Assembly: GCF_031769215.1 (NCBI RefSeq)
Contig: NW_026782617.1
Location: 124,001-188,000 of the forward strand
Length of the DNA stretch: 64,000 bases
Origin: Ylistrum balloti
Taxonomy: Eukaryota
Direction: 5' to 3'
This document shows positions 21,241 through 34,682 of the stretch, piece after piece. Every line of letters starts with the position of its first letter. The first letter of the stretch is position 1. The position numbers and the translations under genes are program-made. Below the pieces are notes generated by a model that was not told the origin of the DNA, made no database searches, and was given only the letters and a program-made list of their open reading frames with translations.

Positions 21241-24179
21241 AAATTGTGTTCTTCTGATCAGTGTTTTCATTCGACAGTATTTAAAAGAGTTATTACAGTT
21301 TGTGTTTCCAGCATGTTTATTTTGTCCACAATATTTTTTTTTAATTTTCAGTTTGACATAATTTGGTTTCCCTCTAGGCATTTTGACTCATTATCACAAT
21401 TTTCACATACAGCATTTCATTGGCATGGGTCCGATGTATATTGTTCTGCCCCGCGGTAATCTTGATACTTGACTACATACATACGGATAGGAGGATCGAA
21501 AAACACTTATTCTTGACTCTTCATACTTGGGCCTACGAAAAATGTTAGCATTTGCAAACATTAGATAGACTTGATTTCCAAGATTTTAAACCCAAATGTT
21601 GATCGAGATCTTGTTATTGAAATCTCAACCTTAAAGTACGATGTATTCGTAAAATGTTACATTTCGAAGGTTCATTAACTTACATGCACGCATCAGATGA
21701 AGTCTTTAGTTGTAACTATATCACTCTACAATAGATACACTGACCTGATATCCAAAAGGATCCCCAAGAAAATACTGCTTTGTTAACTGGATATCACAGT
21801 ATTCAGTGTGAACATAATAAGGTATGTGTAGCTATTTCAAAACTTTTAAGTTCAATTCTTCTTCACTGTAAAGTGAGACATTTTGTCATGCAAGGTTTTA
21901 GGTCAATGCAGATTGTGCTAAATCAGTGCTACAGTTAAGGAGGTTATTTTTGGCTGTCGGGAAAATTCTGTTCAGCAGTGCATTCGATATTTATCTGGCG
22001 AAAAAATTGCAAATCATTTGGAGAAAAAGTGATACTGGTATTTGGGTTTTTTTTCAATTTTTATGGAAAAATTTTATACACAACAGTTGGGACTGTTAAA
22101 CATACCAAAACATAAAGTATCTGTAAATTTGAATTTAGCAGAATTGTGTATTTCATGAGTAATTTTGATTTGTTAATATTGAGTTTTTAACAATATTGTG
22201 TTCCTTTATATACAAAAGTAAGTTTACATATTTAAAACTAGTTTTATAAAGAATAAAGAAGATATTTTTAGAAAAAAAAGTTTTTTAGCTAGCTGTATTT
22301 ACAACATTTACCATACCACTGCAGTTCATCTACACATCTTCTATGTGAGAAAGCTGGTACATTGCCATGAGGAATATGAAGGTCAAGGTCGATGAAATTC
22401 AACTCAATACCTGATACATGTACAATGTCTAGAATTGTTGAACAATACTTTGTTTGTATATATGAATAAGTAAAATGTAGGTAAGAAGACCATATATTTC
22501 AGTCTAAAGCAAAAAAAATCTTAGGGTAAGTAGCATTTTACCAGTGTTTAAGAATTTTAATTTTGAAAATCCATTTTTTTTTTCTACTTTTCTGTCAGTT
22601 CTTTTCTATCATGGTTCAAACTAGGTCACAAGAAATGTCAAATTAGGCATATTTGTCTGGATCTGTTTTGAGTTGTTGAACACTGTTTTGTATGACACTA
22701 TAGAAATGTCATGTTGTCATAAGTGCCTGTGGTATATATTACCTGTAAAATTAAAACCTTACCAGGAATATCAAAGTCGTGAAGTCTCTGAAAGTAACAC
22801 ATAATGAACTATCGACTCATTGCAGTACGTTTAGAACCTTTATCTCGTCGTCCTGATTTGATCTGTTCCTACAGTCTCTCTGGATATACTGTAAACCTAC
22901 GATCAGTTTAAACAAAATTAACTTAATTATTATTAGATCCGTTCTAATTATATAAAATTATGCTTGTGAAAATAAATTTGAGTTCAATCTTTTGCAGTAA
23001 ACATTGCCCAAAATCATGACTAAGTGATTAAAAAGGTCCTAGCCAGACAGGAAACTATTATTTGGGGGTGGGATTATCTGAGAGAAAAACAGATTGATTA
23101 TAATATCATTATCTTTTAAAACACTTACTTCACATGTTAATTGACTGTTAAGAAATCACATGTCTTATATTGTTCTTCATCATGCTGGATTTTGTGACAA
23201 AGAATCTGAGTAAAATATAACCTGAAATACATGTCTGCTAGTGTATTAGTAGAAGTTAGTGTTGACTAATCAGGATTGTGTATTGAAACTTGTGACTAGG
23301 GATTAATGTTTGTTAAAAAATCTCTATGACTCGTACAATTATTTCATTGATATAACAAATAGGAAAAGTCTCGACATTGTTATCTTGCTGAAACAGGTAG
23401 TGAAACACTGTTGGTCTTTGACACTGATCGATTCTACTGTTGTACATTTCTGTATATACTGATCTCTTGTAATACAGAGTTGATGCCACAAGTTCTTTCA
23501 GCTGGCATGAGTAAGGTATGATGGCAATATAAGATAATCAAAGTACTGAATGTACTGAGAGGCTAAACGTATTGAAAAATGTTCACAAATAATCGCTAAG
23601 ATATATTACTTTCCCCATACTCCTACACTTTGGAATGCAAAAATTACTAAAATAAGAGAACCAGAGGCTATTTTTCTTAATTTTAAGCGATTTTATATCT
23701 TCTTTAATTCTTATTTCAAATTTGACGACAATAATGTAAACAAATCAAAATAGGTAAAAAAAAAAAAAAAAAATACACACAACCATATATTTATCGCCAA
23801 CAAACCAAATGATAAATAGCTCTATGATGAAGTTGACTAAATAAAACCTTTGAAATACCCAAGATGTTGCAATTACTATCCTATCAATAAGAGGATTTAA
23901 ACAAATCGAAAGGACTTTATACCTACTTCTTTATTTTGAATGTATTGAAAAGTAATAGTCCTTACTTATTATAATTGTATTTGTAGTAAAAATCCTTTGT
24001 TTGAAGGAATATTTTCATTTCAAGGAACTTTGATACTCATTAACAAACATTGAGAAATCAGTACAATCAACCTTCATCAAATAAAACTAAAAGACAAAAA
24101 ATATAAAAGTTATAACAAAGTCAACATCATGATCAGTACAGTATTAAAAATATATCATTCATAAATCATGAGCACCAAA

Positions 24180-24750
24180 TGTACCTTGCCTACGAAGCGC
24201 AAACATTTTATCTTCAAAAACTTTAAAAAGTGTCTTTGCGATGGATGTGAAAATCCTGAAAATGTGTCACATCGGAGGGTGTGCGCGTAGATGAACAGTC
24301 CAATTTTGTGACGTCTAATGAGGTGAAGTGATGTTATATATTAAGACGATCTTGCCAAAACGACAAGGATTAAAGCAAAATTGATGTTCTGTTTGTAAGT
24401 TTTGTTTGTTTATAAGTTCTGTTAGTTGATAATTCAAATCAAGCCCCAAGACAGTGTTCTGTACGCTTACGTCATGTCGAGAATTCCATAAAATATATTG
24501 TTCAAAATTTATCAATAGTTCAACCACACTGTGCTTCTTTTTTGAAATATATAGTAATTGTATTGTTATTAAACAAATAAACTAATTTTGAATGCTTTTA
24601 AAATAGCGATTTGAAAAATTGCGACATTATTTATGCAGAAAATTGCCGCTAGAGGGCTCTAACTCTTTTTGATATTTCAGCCAATGAGAAGGCCAGGATC
24701 GGTAAAATTTTGTCTTAAAGGCCGTCGAAATAGGCTATGCGTACTGAGTA
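24180..24750. promoter_or_regulatory. Putative (possibly bidirectional) promoter island
   Basis: Locally CpG-rich; TTACGTCA (24467-24474) and TGACGTC (~24309) CRE/ATF-like sites; CTCF-like TGCCGCTAGAGGGC (24644-24657); CCAAT at 24681; minus-strand ATGTTTGCGCTTCGTAGGCAAG|gtacat (24206-24185). Confidence 0.45.
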
Positions 24751-25114
24751 CATTTAGCCTAAAATTTACACTTACTCAATGCTAATTAATTGACATGTAT
24801 GTGTATACTTTGGTGGTATCAATTACTTAAAATGATTATGTACACACCGCTACAACCAACAGCATTTATCATTGATGTGAATAGTGATGACATTGAGTGA
24901 TACGCTGGCAATTATCTTCTTAATAGTTATAAGTGTGGTTTCACAATCTGTTTGAACAATTCAATTTATAAATGAAACAAAACTTGAAAGGGTTTGAACT
25001 ATCTCTAGACAAAAAGTTATTGTTTTTATTAAAAAAAAATCATGTGTTCAAACTACCTGCCTATTCAATCTGACTGGGAATTTACCAAAGCCCTTGTTAC
25101 TAGGCTTAGGTACT

Positions 25115-25380
25115 TTGTCACAAGTGTCAAATTTGTTAAAACCTTAAAACAGCCTCTTCTGACAGACCAAAAGGTGCAGAAGTATGGTATTTGGCTGATA
25201 GGTTCCAGGGATGAAGCCCAACAGAGTTTGTGAAAAGAAATGACCTTAATGCTTATTAATGTCACAGAGGTCAAATTTGTTAAAACCAGTAAAAGGCTTC
25301 TACTGGTAAACCAAAAAAGTCCAAGAATTTGGATATTTGGTAGAAAGGTGTTTCTAGGTCAAAGCCCAGCAAATGTAGAG
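25115..25380 (+). repeat. Two ~143-bp diverged tandem units related to the HINE-like element at 63.6-64 kb
   Basis: GTCAAATTTGTTAAAACC...ACCAAAA...GATATTTGG...AAGCCCA duplicated; same motifs at 63740-63900. Confidence 0.6.
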
Positions 25381-26836
25381 GAAAAAAAAAATGACAGTTA
25401 CCAATAATCAGGGTCATATCTGTCGATGTTTAAAGTTGAGTATTCGAAGCTTTTTGTTGTTGAAATTGGCAAACATTGATTGGCTTTGCCCACTCTGAAT
25501 GCCAATGGTGTACATGTCAATGTATTTGTGATGAACATTGATTCTGTGTTTGATGAACAGTAAATACCAGGTGAATGATGTAGGCCCATTGGGACTCTTG
25601 TTAGTTAACAGAAAACATATCCTTCTCTTAGCTTGCCCTTGAAATGGTCAACAGCATCTTATTTGTATAAGGAGTAATTAAAAGCTACTAGTGAGACACA
25701 GAGTAGCTGCTTATCTCAGACACCATAGTCTGCTTGACTAAAGGAAAATTCCAACTAGATAAGACTATAATACAAGGTGACCTGTGTGAAGATGTTTACC
25801 AGTAGTCACTGGTAGATTACAACTGTTTAAAAAAGTCCTCGTACTGTTCAGTTATCTATTGCTGTTTATAATAATGGACGTACCAAAATGAAATCTTCAA
25901 ATTAATTTTTCATGGGTGCGTGTTTAGTCTAATCATTTCATTTTTTAACCCATTTCTTGCTCCTAAAGGGCCGGTTTCCAAAACGGCCCCTTCTCTGATT
26001 CAAATTTCCTGTTGGTGGTGCATTGCCCATGCTGTTGTGGTCACAAATCTATAAAGTATAAAGATTTAGGTCACTTGGCTTGTTTTTATGGCTCCTCAAA
26101 GTTGTACCTTTCAGAAGCTGTCTAAGTGTTGATAAAATGTGCATGTTATGTAAAATATTAATGAAAATCTAATCAAATGATAGTCACCGTAAAGAATACA
26201 TTCATGGCATGATTGTGACAAAAAATCATGTTTCCATCGCGCCATTTGGCTGTTTTATGGAAGAAACAATCTCAAAAATGCCATTTTCGATGATAACATT
26301 TTAGACACAAAAACTGTGTTTTTTAGAGAATACACCCTTTTATGGGCGTTGGATGCAAACCAATATTTATCCTATTAAATAGTACGTAATATGCTATTGA
26401 TGAGAGGAAAAATCATCAAAATGTAAGTGCTGGAACATTTTCAAATGTTGGGTTGAATTAGCCTATGGTTGAATTGCCGATTTTCGACTTTCTTTAGATA
26501 ATTAACAAAAAAACGAGAGTATTTGCTCGGTATGTTGAGAATATGTACACAGATATGAAAAAAAGTGAGAGAAACACTTTTTCATAAAAAAATCCAACAT
26601 GGCTACTTCATAAGGCCCCGTGCTTGAAGACATTGGCTGACAAATAGACAGAACAACAAACAAAACGTGTTCCTTATGATTTTGGTTGGTTTTCGCATTT
26701 ATGGGAGTGTTCATAGCTACGGGCGATTGTATAATACCTATATTTATAAGTTTGGTTAGTCACATGGTAACGGGGATCTTTCATATAGAGCCCCAAACAT
26801 ACTTTCGACATATGCACTCTGTTGCCGCATGGAAAA

Positions 26837-27166
26837 CTATTTCAAGTTTTGTCGGAATTTCTTTACCTGTGGTTGTAATGGTCGAGGGTTTTCCAGCGTC
26901 CTGTAATACCCAAGGTAGTACAAGATACTGGAGATGTGCGCACACATTCCCATCGTTCTCTCTCCAACTGGTCACTGGCAGTAGTAGTCCTTTATTGGGG
27001 CCTCAACATCGGGTGAAACAGTGAACCGTATCCAAACGTTATATTTCATTTGGCTTTTGTGTCGAGAATGTATTTGACATCGGAGAAGGTCTGGGGAGTG
27101 CTGGTAAAGCCACACCTCATAGTCGCCGTCATCACTTAAATGTTCGGCGATGTAACCAGGAGCCAG
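26837..27166 (-). mobile_element. Pseudogenised C-terminal SWIM zinc-finger region of a PIF/Harbinger-ISL2EU-like DNA transposase
   Basis: Minus strand LAPGYIAEHLSDDGDYEVWLYQHSPDLLRCQIHSRHKSQMKYNVWIRF...IKDYYCQ*PVGERTMGMCAHISSILYYLGYYR: CxC-x(n)-CxH SWIM pattern, second Cys replaced by TGA (26972-26974). Confidence 0.75.
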
Positions 27167-29289
27167 AGGTTCTCAAGTAATCAAGATCGAGACGGGGAAA
27201 CAGTACTTTATTTATTTTTTTTTTTTTATCATAAAACTGTCATGAAAATATCCGCTCTGATATTCAATATAAAAGTTTGTATATAATAAGCTATATAATA
27301 GGGTTTCAGACAAGGTTGTTACTCATTTCCCCTTTTCTTTCAATTTACAACTACATTCAGGCGGCGATATGAGAACGTTCCACCACATGGAATTAGCTGA
27401 TTTTTGGTACACATATGAAACAAGTAAAGCTCTATCCGATTTTCTGATGGAAATTTGCATCCAAAACTATATAACGGGAGAAAATTGCAAATTTATGGCA
27501 TTTTTCTTCATAATTGTGTCTCTGCAAGTGCATTTTCATCGGAGAATATTTTTTTTTTATGTTTTATGAATAAACACGATGTTTTGGAAATATTTATCAA
27601 AAGAAATTTATACTATGTTGCGAATTACAATTTCGAGATAACCTTCTTTTATTTACGAACTTATGTCTTTGATGCTGAAATTGACAACTTTATAAAAACA
27701 CATTTTCACTGAAATTATGAAATCTGGGTGTCGGAAAGGTGTAAAATTACTTTTCGGAAAAGAAAAAAACAGTAGTTGAGCTAGATAAGAAATTATACGG
27801 GGGCAGGCTCCTATGGAGAATTAACATTACTGGAAACAGGCCCTTTGGGCCTTGAAGTTGGAAGTTAGGCTGTTACCTGAAAAGACTGGCAGTTAATTAT
27901 CTGTTTTGTTAAAGATTCAATGCTGATGTGATCGGTTCATTGTTTCTTTGAGCGAGAGCATTCAGGTTTACAGGCTTGACCATTTACACTGACAGAAGCT
28001 GTTCAGTTTTATGTCTTCTGTTTATACTGACAACTTGCATCACCTTCATTTACCTATGTTATTTGTCTGTCAGTCTGTCTGTTCATCATAATTTTATCAA
28101 GAACATAACGCAAAAACTCTTAATTGTTATCAACTTGAAACTCCATAGGTTGATCTCAATAAGGAGAAGTGCAGTGTACAAGAACCATAACTCTTTTTTG
28201 CATATTTTATTATTGAAATTTGGTGTATACATTGGTCATACTAAGAAAATGTAAGGTATAACCAAATTCAGGGCCTGCAACTTCTTAATTACAGAGTTAT
28301 TGCCCTTTGATTGAATTTTGCGCACAGTATAATAATTTTTTACGAGGAGCATTCACCGTTTCACTGATACTCGCTTCACATAGCAGGCATGTTGTAGAGT
28401 AATCATTCGTCATTGCATCTGAAGTGTCAAAATGGGGATTGAAAGTGAATGCACACAAGTATTTACCTGAAATTACATTAAACATAGTCAATAATATGTA
28501 GAAAAATGAGCAGGTGTCTGTAGAGATTAGTGTTCAAAAACTAATGCAAGTTATTGGGTTATCACAGACATTGGATGAGAAACAAGACACTGGCATTCCT
28601 TGATGGAAGAAAAGCTGATACAGTCTTGTTATTTTCCGCCTCGTTAGAAGTTGAATATTGCAGCCATCATGCCCATTTTGCAACTTGACTAACTTTTCTT
28701 TCAGGTCAGTCTAATTTCCAGTATGGCTGCCATCTTAAAAAAAAACACATTTCAAACTTCTAAAGTTCCTAACAGACTAAATTGAAGTTTTGCAGGTCAG
28801 CTCAAATTCCAATATGGCAGCCATCTTGAAAAACACATTTTAAACTACTTAAGTTCCCAACAGACTAACTTTTTTTTTTTAGGTCAGTTCAAATTCCAAT
28901 ATGGCTGCCCACTTTAAAACTCACATTTTGAGCGTCTCCCAACGGGTGCCATTGAGTTCAAAATTGTTGAATATGTTAAGGAAGGAAGTTGACAAACTTG
29001 TTATTTTTCAGCTTCATCAGAAGTTCATTATGACAGCCATGGATAAAAATCCAGAATTTTTCAGAAAATGATAACGATAGTGTGCAGTTGAGGAATTTTG
29101 TCGTATCTTAATCTCATGTTAGGTCTGTCATACTCAATTTATTATAACAAAGGCAAATGAACATGGTTGTAGATAAACAACAGTATTATGTGGGGCCTTC
29201 TTTTTCTGAAGTTTAGGAAGTTTGTTGCTCTGAATAAATCATAAAGATTAGGAATCCTTCAAAACATTGTGTACTGACACTGCACAGCT

Positions 29290-29720
29290 CATTCAAGGCT
29301 TGATAAAAAAACCTCTATTTATCAAACTGGTGGATAAATTATTCTGCAGTGAGGTCAGGACCTGTCTTTTCTCAAGTCCAAAATTAGGTTCATGTGCATG
29401 ATTGTACATTAACCGTAAAAGTATGTTACAGTTTAAATGTTGGGTGTTGACTGTATGGTAATCTGTTAACGTTATGACTTCAGATCTGTGTCCTGTCATC
29501 ATCCTCGGGAGATGACTTACCCCCATTGTTTGACACTACCATATCTGGATTTTCAAACCAACCCTAGCCCTTCGTTGAGAGGTGATCATACTGTGTTTAC
29601 TATAGGGTCAGGGTATTGGCAGACTGGGATCCTTTCAGTGCCAGTGGACATGTGTCACATTTGTGTGTTGGGGTTGAAGACAGAGAAATTCAGAATTGGA
29701 AATTATGATCTGTTCAGTAG
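29290..29720 (-). mobile_element. Possible decayed LINE RT C-terminal fragment
   Basis: Weak similarity: FNPNTQM (cf. FNPxKC), LLRLMYN..EPNFG (cf. LxxYxxxxRPxLEY); many stops. Confidence 0.3.
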
Positions 29721-30189
29721 ATAAACACAGTCCTTATGCAGATCCGTTCTGGTAATGAAAATCCTATAGAAAGGGAATTTTTGTGTGGAATAGGGATACC
29801 TGCCATGTTGGGCATTTCTTACCTTAATTACACAATCAAAGTGTTCCCGAGCAATATCTTTTTTGAACTTCTGATGTTCTATCAGTGGGATTCAGCTGAA
29901 ACTTGCCTCAATTGACCTTTAGGTGGTCTAACCAAGTGTTGTTGTTTTCAGGTTTGTCCAAAATCCAATATGGCTGCGATGGCCAACACCTTGAAAAAAA
30001 CATTGTGAAACTTATTGTTCTCAATGCCATGTGTGGCCCTGAACTGAAATTTTATGGAAATGTTAAGAAACTAAAATGAGAAGAGGTTCTGCTTGAATAT
30101 TATGAACTATTTTAAACCTTTAAAACTGTTCTTATTGGAACTAATATTAAATCTAATAATACCTGGCTGCAGCTAGTTTGCTGTAAATA

Positions 30190-30430
30190 AATTTAATTTA
30201 TTTTAAAACAGTTGCAAAACAAGGTTTCAAGCTTATAATATTTATCACTCTTGTTGGCCCAGATGGAAGCTCACAAGGGGCTTACTGTGGGAGGAAACCA
30301 GAGTACCCGGGGGGAAACCCACGTGTCTGGACAGGTAACCACATACCTTTTCACATCCTTTTTTCTGGGAATCCGACACAGGATCGCTAAGTGCAAGACA
30401 AATACATCACCACTGTGTCGCCTAACCACC
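30190..30430 (-). mobile_element. tRNA/V-type SINE copy
   Basis: TTGTTGGCCCAGATGGAAGC...ACTGTGGGAGGAAACCAGAGTACCCGGGGGGAAACCCACGTG aligns to 6609-6700; tRNA head more decayed. Confidence 0.8.
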
Positions 30431-31865
30431 CGGCTAGGTTGTTGTAGTCATGATTTTTCAATGATGAATAAGGTTTGTTTTCAGAGTGATAAAAAAATCT
30501 TATAAGATGGAACACTCATTTGAGAACATGTTACTAACATAAAATCAGACATCAAAGGACTTGTCTATGAACCTAATGTATCAGTCACTGATCATTGATA
30601 AATAATCAATTTTTTAACCATTGCACGCTCAACTGCCATGTTTTAAAATGTCAGTTTTTGACAATTTTCAGATCAATGAAACTGAGATATCTAGAGTATA
30701 AATCAATACGAGAAACATCTCGTGAGCAATAATCTACAAAATATTAATATACATAACAACATAATATTGATCCTCTTAGAGAGAGAGACAGAAATTTTTA
30801 GTCTATCTTTTTTGAGAGGATAAATGAAAGAATACAAAAATACAATTAGTGAATCAGACATCAAATTCTATAGGCAAATAATATGTAATTATATACCAAA
30901 GATCTATAAAACATAATGTAAAAAAAAAATTTGAGTTCACTCTAAATGGTATGTTTTTACCTGTTTGGGAGAAATTATGTATATAGATCGGCAGTTGATC
31001 AAAAACAGTATGAAGTGTCAGCAAATATGAACCACATTGTGTGTTTCAATTACTGTGATATTACTCGGAACTGTCATTAACGGAGACTTCACTCGCTTAT
31101 TGAATCATGTCTACTCGGCCATATCCTGGCTTGGCTGATTACAAGTTGTTAAATACATGATGAAAATATATTTAATTTGTATCTAAGTGAACGTAAAAAC
31201 ATTTGATTCGGAAATGAAATATATGAACTAGCAGGTACATAGAGTATTGACTATGTAGTATTTTATCCTTTGTTGAAAAGGCCGTATTATTTTGTTGGCA
31301 CTACAGTTATACAGACTTCATCATCTGCTGCATAGATAAAGGCAGCTATTTGTCACTGACAGGTAAGATAAGGTAAGGCAAATTGTCACACAATTGATGG
31401 TCAAAAGGAAAGGTGAGTCTTTCAACTGAATTTTCAAAAAAATATTCATTATGTTTGTAGCTCACTTGGCTAGATTTGGCATACCATGACATCTGTTCAT
31501 CAGTCAACTTTTCCTACCAATCACTAGTATTCATGAATGACTGAGAGTTTTCGACCATATTTGGTCAAAAGTATCCTTAGTTGAAGGGCCGGTTTCAATT
31601 TTGTATCAGTCGGACCGCTTTGGGCCAGAGAGGTGGGGCCAAATAGGGGAAGTAGAGGAATTTTTTTCAAATTATTCTACTATTGTAGAAATGATTGGAT
31701 TTTGTCCAGATTTGGCCAGATATACCCTTTGTTGAAAGGGACTCAATTCGAATGCCTGGATTCTCTTCCAGTACACAGCAGGAGGGGCAGGGCCGATTAT
31801 TGGAAAGAGTGCAAATTTGTTAAAATGCTACTTCTTTATGGATGAAGATGGCTCAGTTTGTATTG

Positions 31866-34682
31866 ATGGTGGGTTGCTGCCTCCCGTGATGGTGGGTTGC
31901 TGCCTCCTGTGATGGTGGGTTGCTGCCTCCTGTGATGGGAGTTGCTGCCTCCCGTGATGGTGGGTTGCTGCCTCCCGTGATGGTGGGTTGCTGCCTCCTG
32001 TGATGGGAGTTGCTGCCTCCCGTGATGGTGGGTTGCTGCCTCCCGTGATGGTGGGTTGCTGCCTCCTGTGATGGGAGTTGCTGTCTCCTGTGATGGTGGG
32101 TTGCTGTATCCTGTGATGGTGGGATGCTGCCTCCTGTGATGGTTGGTTGCTGCCTCCTGTGATGGTGGGTTGCTGCGAGGTGGGTTACTGCCTCCTGTGG
32201 CGGTGGGTTGCTGTCTCCTGTGATGGTGGGTTGCTGCCTCCTGTGATGATGGGTTGCTGCCTCTTGTGATGGAAGTTGCTGCCTCCTGTGATGATGGGTT
32301 GCTGCCTACTGTGATGGTGGGTTGCTGCCTCTTGTGATGGAAGTTGCTGCCTCCTGTGGTGGTGGGTTGCTGTCTCCTGTGATGGTGGGTTGCTGCATCC
32401 TGTGATGGTGGGATGCTGCCTCCTGTGATGATGGGTTGCTGCCTCCTGTGATGGTGGGTTGCTGCGAGGTGGGTTGCTGCCTCCTGTGATTACGGGTTGC
32501 TGCCTCCTGTGATTGTGGGTTGCTCTCTCCAGTGATGGGAGTTGCTGCCTCCTGTGATGATGGGTTGCTGCCTCTTGTGATGGGAGTTGCTGCCTCCTGT
32601 GGTGGTGGGTTGCTGCCTCCTGTGGTGGTGGGTTGCTGCCTCCTGTGATGGGGGTTGCTGCCTCCTGTGATGGGAGTTGCTGCCTCCTGTGATGGTGGGT
32701 TGCTGCCTCCTGTGATGATGGGTTGCTGCCTCCTGTGATGGGAGTTGCTGTCTCCTGTGATGGTGGGTTGCTGCCTCCTGTGATGGGAGTTGCTGTCTCC
32801 TGTGATGGTGGGTTGCTGCATCCTGTAATGGTGGGATGCTGCCTCCTGGGATGGTGGGTTGCTGCCTCCTGTGATGGTGGGTGGCTGCCTCCTGTGATGG
32901 TGGGTTGCTGCCTCCTGTGATGGTGGGTTGCTGCCTCCTGTGATGGTGGGTTGCTGCCTCCTGTGATGGGAGTTGCTGTCTCCTGTGATGTAGGTTGCTG
33001 CATCCTGTGATGGTGGGATGCTGCCTCCTGGGATGGTGGGTTGCTGCCTCCTGTGATGGTGGGTGGCTGCCTCCTGTGATGGTGGGTTGCTGCCTCCTGT
33101 GATGGGAGTTGCTGCCTCCTGTGATGGTGGGTTGCTGCCTCCTGTGATGGTGGGTTGCTGCCTCCTGTGATGGTGGGTTGCTGCGAGGTGGGTTGCTGCT
33201 TCCTGTGATTGCAGGTTGCTGCCTCCTGTGATTGTGGGTTGCTCTCTCCAGTGATGGGAGTTGCTGCCTCCTGTGATGATGGGTTGCTGCCTCTTGTGAT
33301 GGGAGTTGCTGCCTCCTGTGGTGGTGGGTTGCTGCCTCCTGTGGTGGTGGGTTGCTGCCTCCTGTGATGGGGGTTGCTGCCTCCTGTGATGGGAGTTGCT
33401 GCCTCCTGTGATGGTGGGTTGCTGCCTCCTGTGATGGTGGGTTGCTGCCTCCTGTGATGGGAGTTGCTGTCTCCTGTGATGGTGGGTTGCTGCCTCCTGT
33501 GATGGGAGTTGCTGTCTCCTGTGATGGTGGGTTGCTGCATCCTGTGATGGTGGGATGCTGCCTCCTGGGATGGTGGGTTGCTGCCTCCTGTGATGGTGGG
33601 TGGCTGCCTCCTGTGATAGTGGGTTGCTGCCTCCTGTGATGGTGGGTTGCTGCCTCCTGTGATGGTGGGTTGCTGCCTCCTGTGATGGGAGTTGCTGTCT
33701 CCTGTGATGGTGGGTTGCTGCATCCTGTGATGGTGGGATGCTGCCTCCTGGGATGGTGGGTTGCTGCCTCCTGTGATGGTGGGATGCTGCCTCCTGGGAT
33801 GGTGGGTTGCTGCCTCCTGTGATGGTGGGTGGCTGCCTCCTGTGATGGTGGGTTGCTGCCTCCTGTGATGGTGGGTTGCTGCCTCCTGTGATGGGAGTTG
33901 CTGCCTCCTGTGATGGTGGGTTGCTGCCTCCTGTGATGGTGGGTTGCTGCCTCCTGTGATGGGAGTTGCTGTCTCCTGTGATGGTGGGTTGCTGCCTCCT
34001 GTGATGGGAGTTGCTGTCTCCTGTGATGGTGGGTTGCTGCATCCTGTGATGGTGGGATGCTGCCTCCTGGGATGGTGGGTTGCTGCCTCCTGTGATGGTG
34101 GGTGGCTGCCTCCTGTGATGGTGGGTTGCTGCCTCCTTTGATGGTGGGTTGCTGCCTCCTGTGATGGTGGGTTGCTGCCTCCTGTGATGGGAGTTGCTGT
34201 CTCCTGTGATGGTGGGTTGCTGCCTCCTGTGATGGGAGTTGCTGTCTCCTGTGATGGTGGGTTGCTGCCTCCTGTGATGGTGGGATGCTGCCTCCTGGGA
34301 TGGTGGGTTGCTGCCTCCTGTGATGGTGGGTGGCTGCCTCCTGTGATGGTGGGTTGCTGCCTCCTGTGATGGTGGGTTGCTGCCTACTGTGATGGTGGGT
34401 TGCTGCCTCCTGTGATGGTGGGTTGCTGCCTCCTGTGATGGTGGGTTGCTGCCTCCTGTGATGGTGGGTTGCTGCCTCCTGTGATGGTGGGATGCTGCCT
34501 CCTGGGATGGTGGGTTGCTGCCTCCTGTAATGGTGGGTGGCTGCCTCCTGTGATGGTGGGTTGCTGCCTCCTGTGATGGTGGGTTGCTGCCTACTGTGAT
34601 GGTGGATGGTGGGTTACTGCCTACTGTGATGGTGGGTTGCTGCCTCCTGTGATGGTGGGTTGCTGCCTCCTGTGATGGGAGT
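31866..34682. repeat. GC-rich 23/22-bp minisatellite, ~2.8 kb, with higher-order duplications
   Basis: Units GTGATGGTGGGTTGCTGCCTCCT (23) and GTGATGGGAGTTGCTGCCTCCT (22); marker CTCTCTCCAGTG at 32524 and 33243 (offset 719). Confidence 0.97.

Noticed and set aside
22763-22889. Minus-strand exon with strong gtaagg donor
   Set aside because: All three frames from the upstream acceptor contain stops and it is not phase-compatible with the 24206 start; could be non-coding but unsupported.
27785-27870. GSYGELTLL resembling a cNMP-binding motif (GELAL)
   Set aside because: Isolated, weak acceptor, no PRxAT continuation; probably chance.
32185-34042. Two long minus-strand ORFs (512 and 578 aa), His/Gln-rich
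   Set aside because: They overlap in different frames and arise from a 23/22-bp satellite lacking stop codons on that strand. The unit is not a multiple of 3 and there is no splice or start context.
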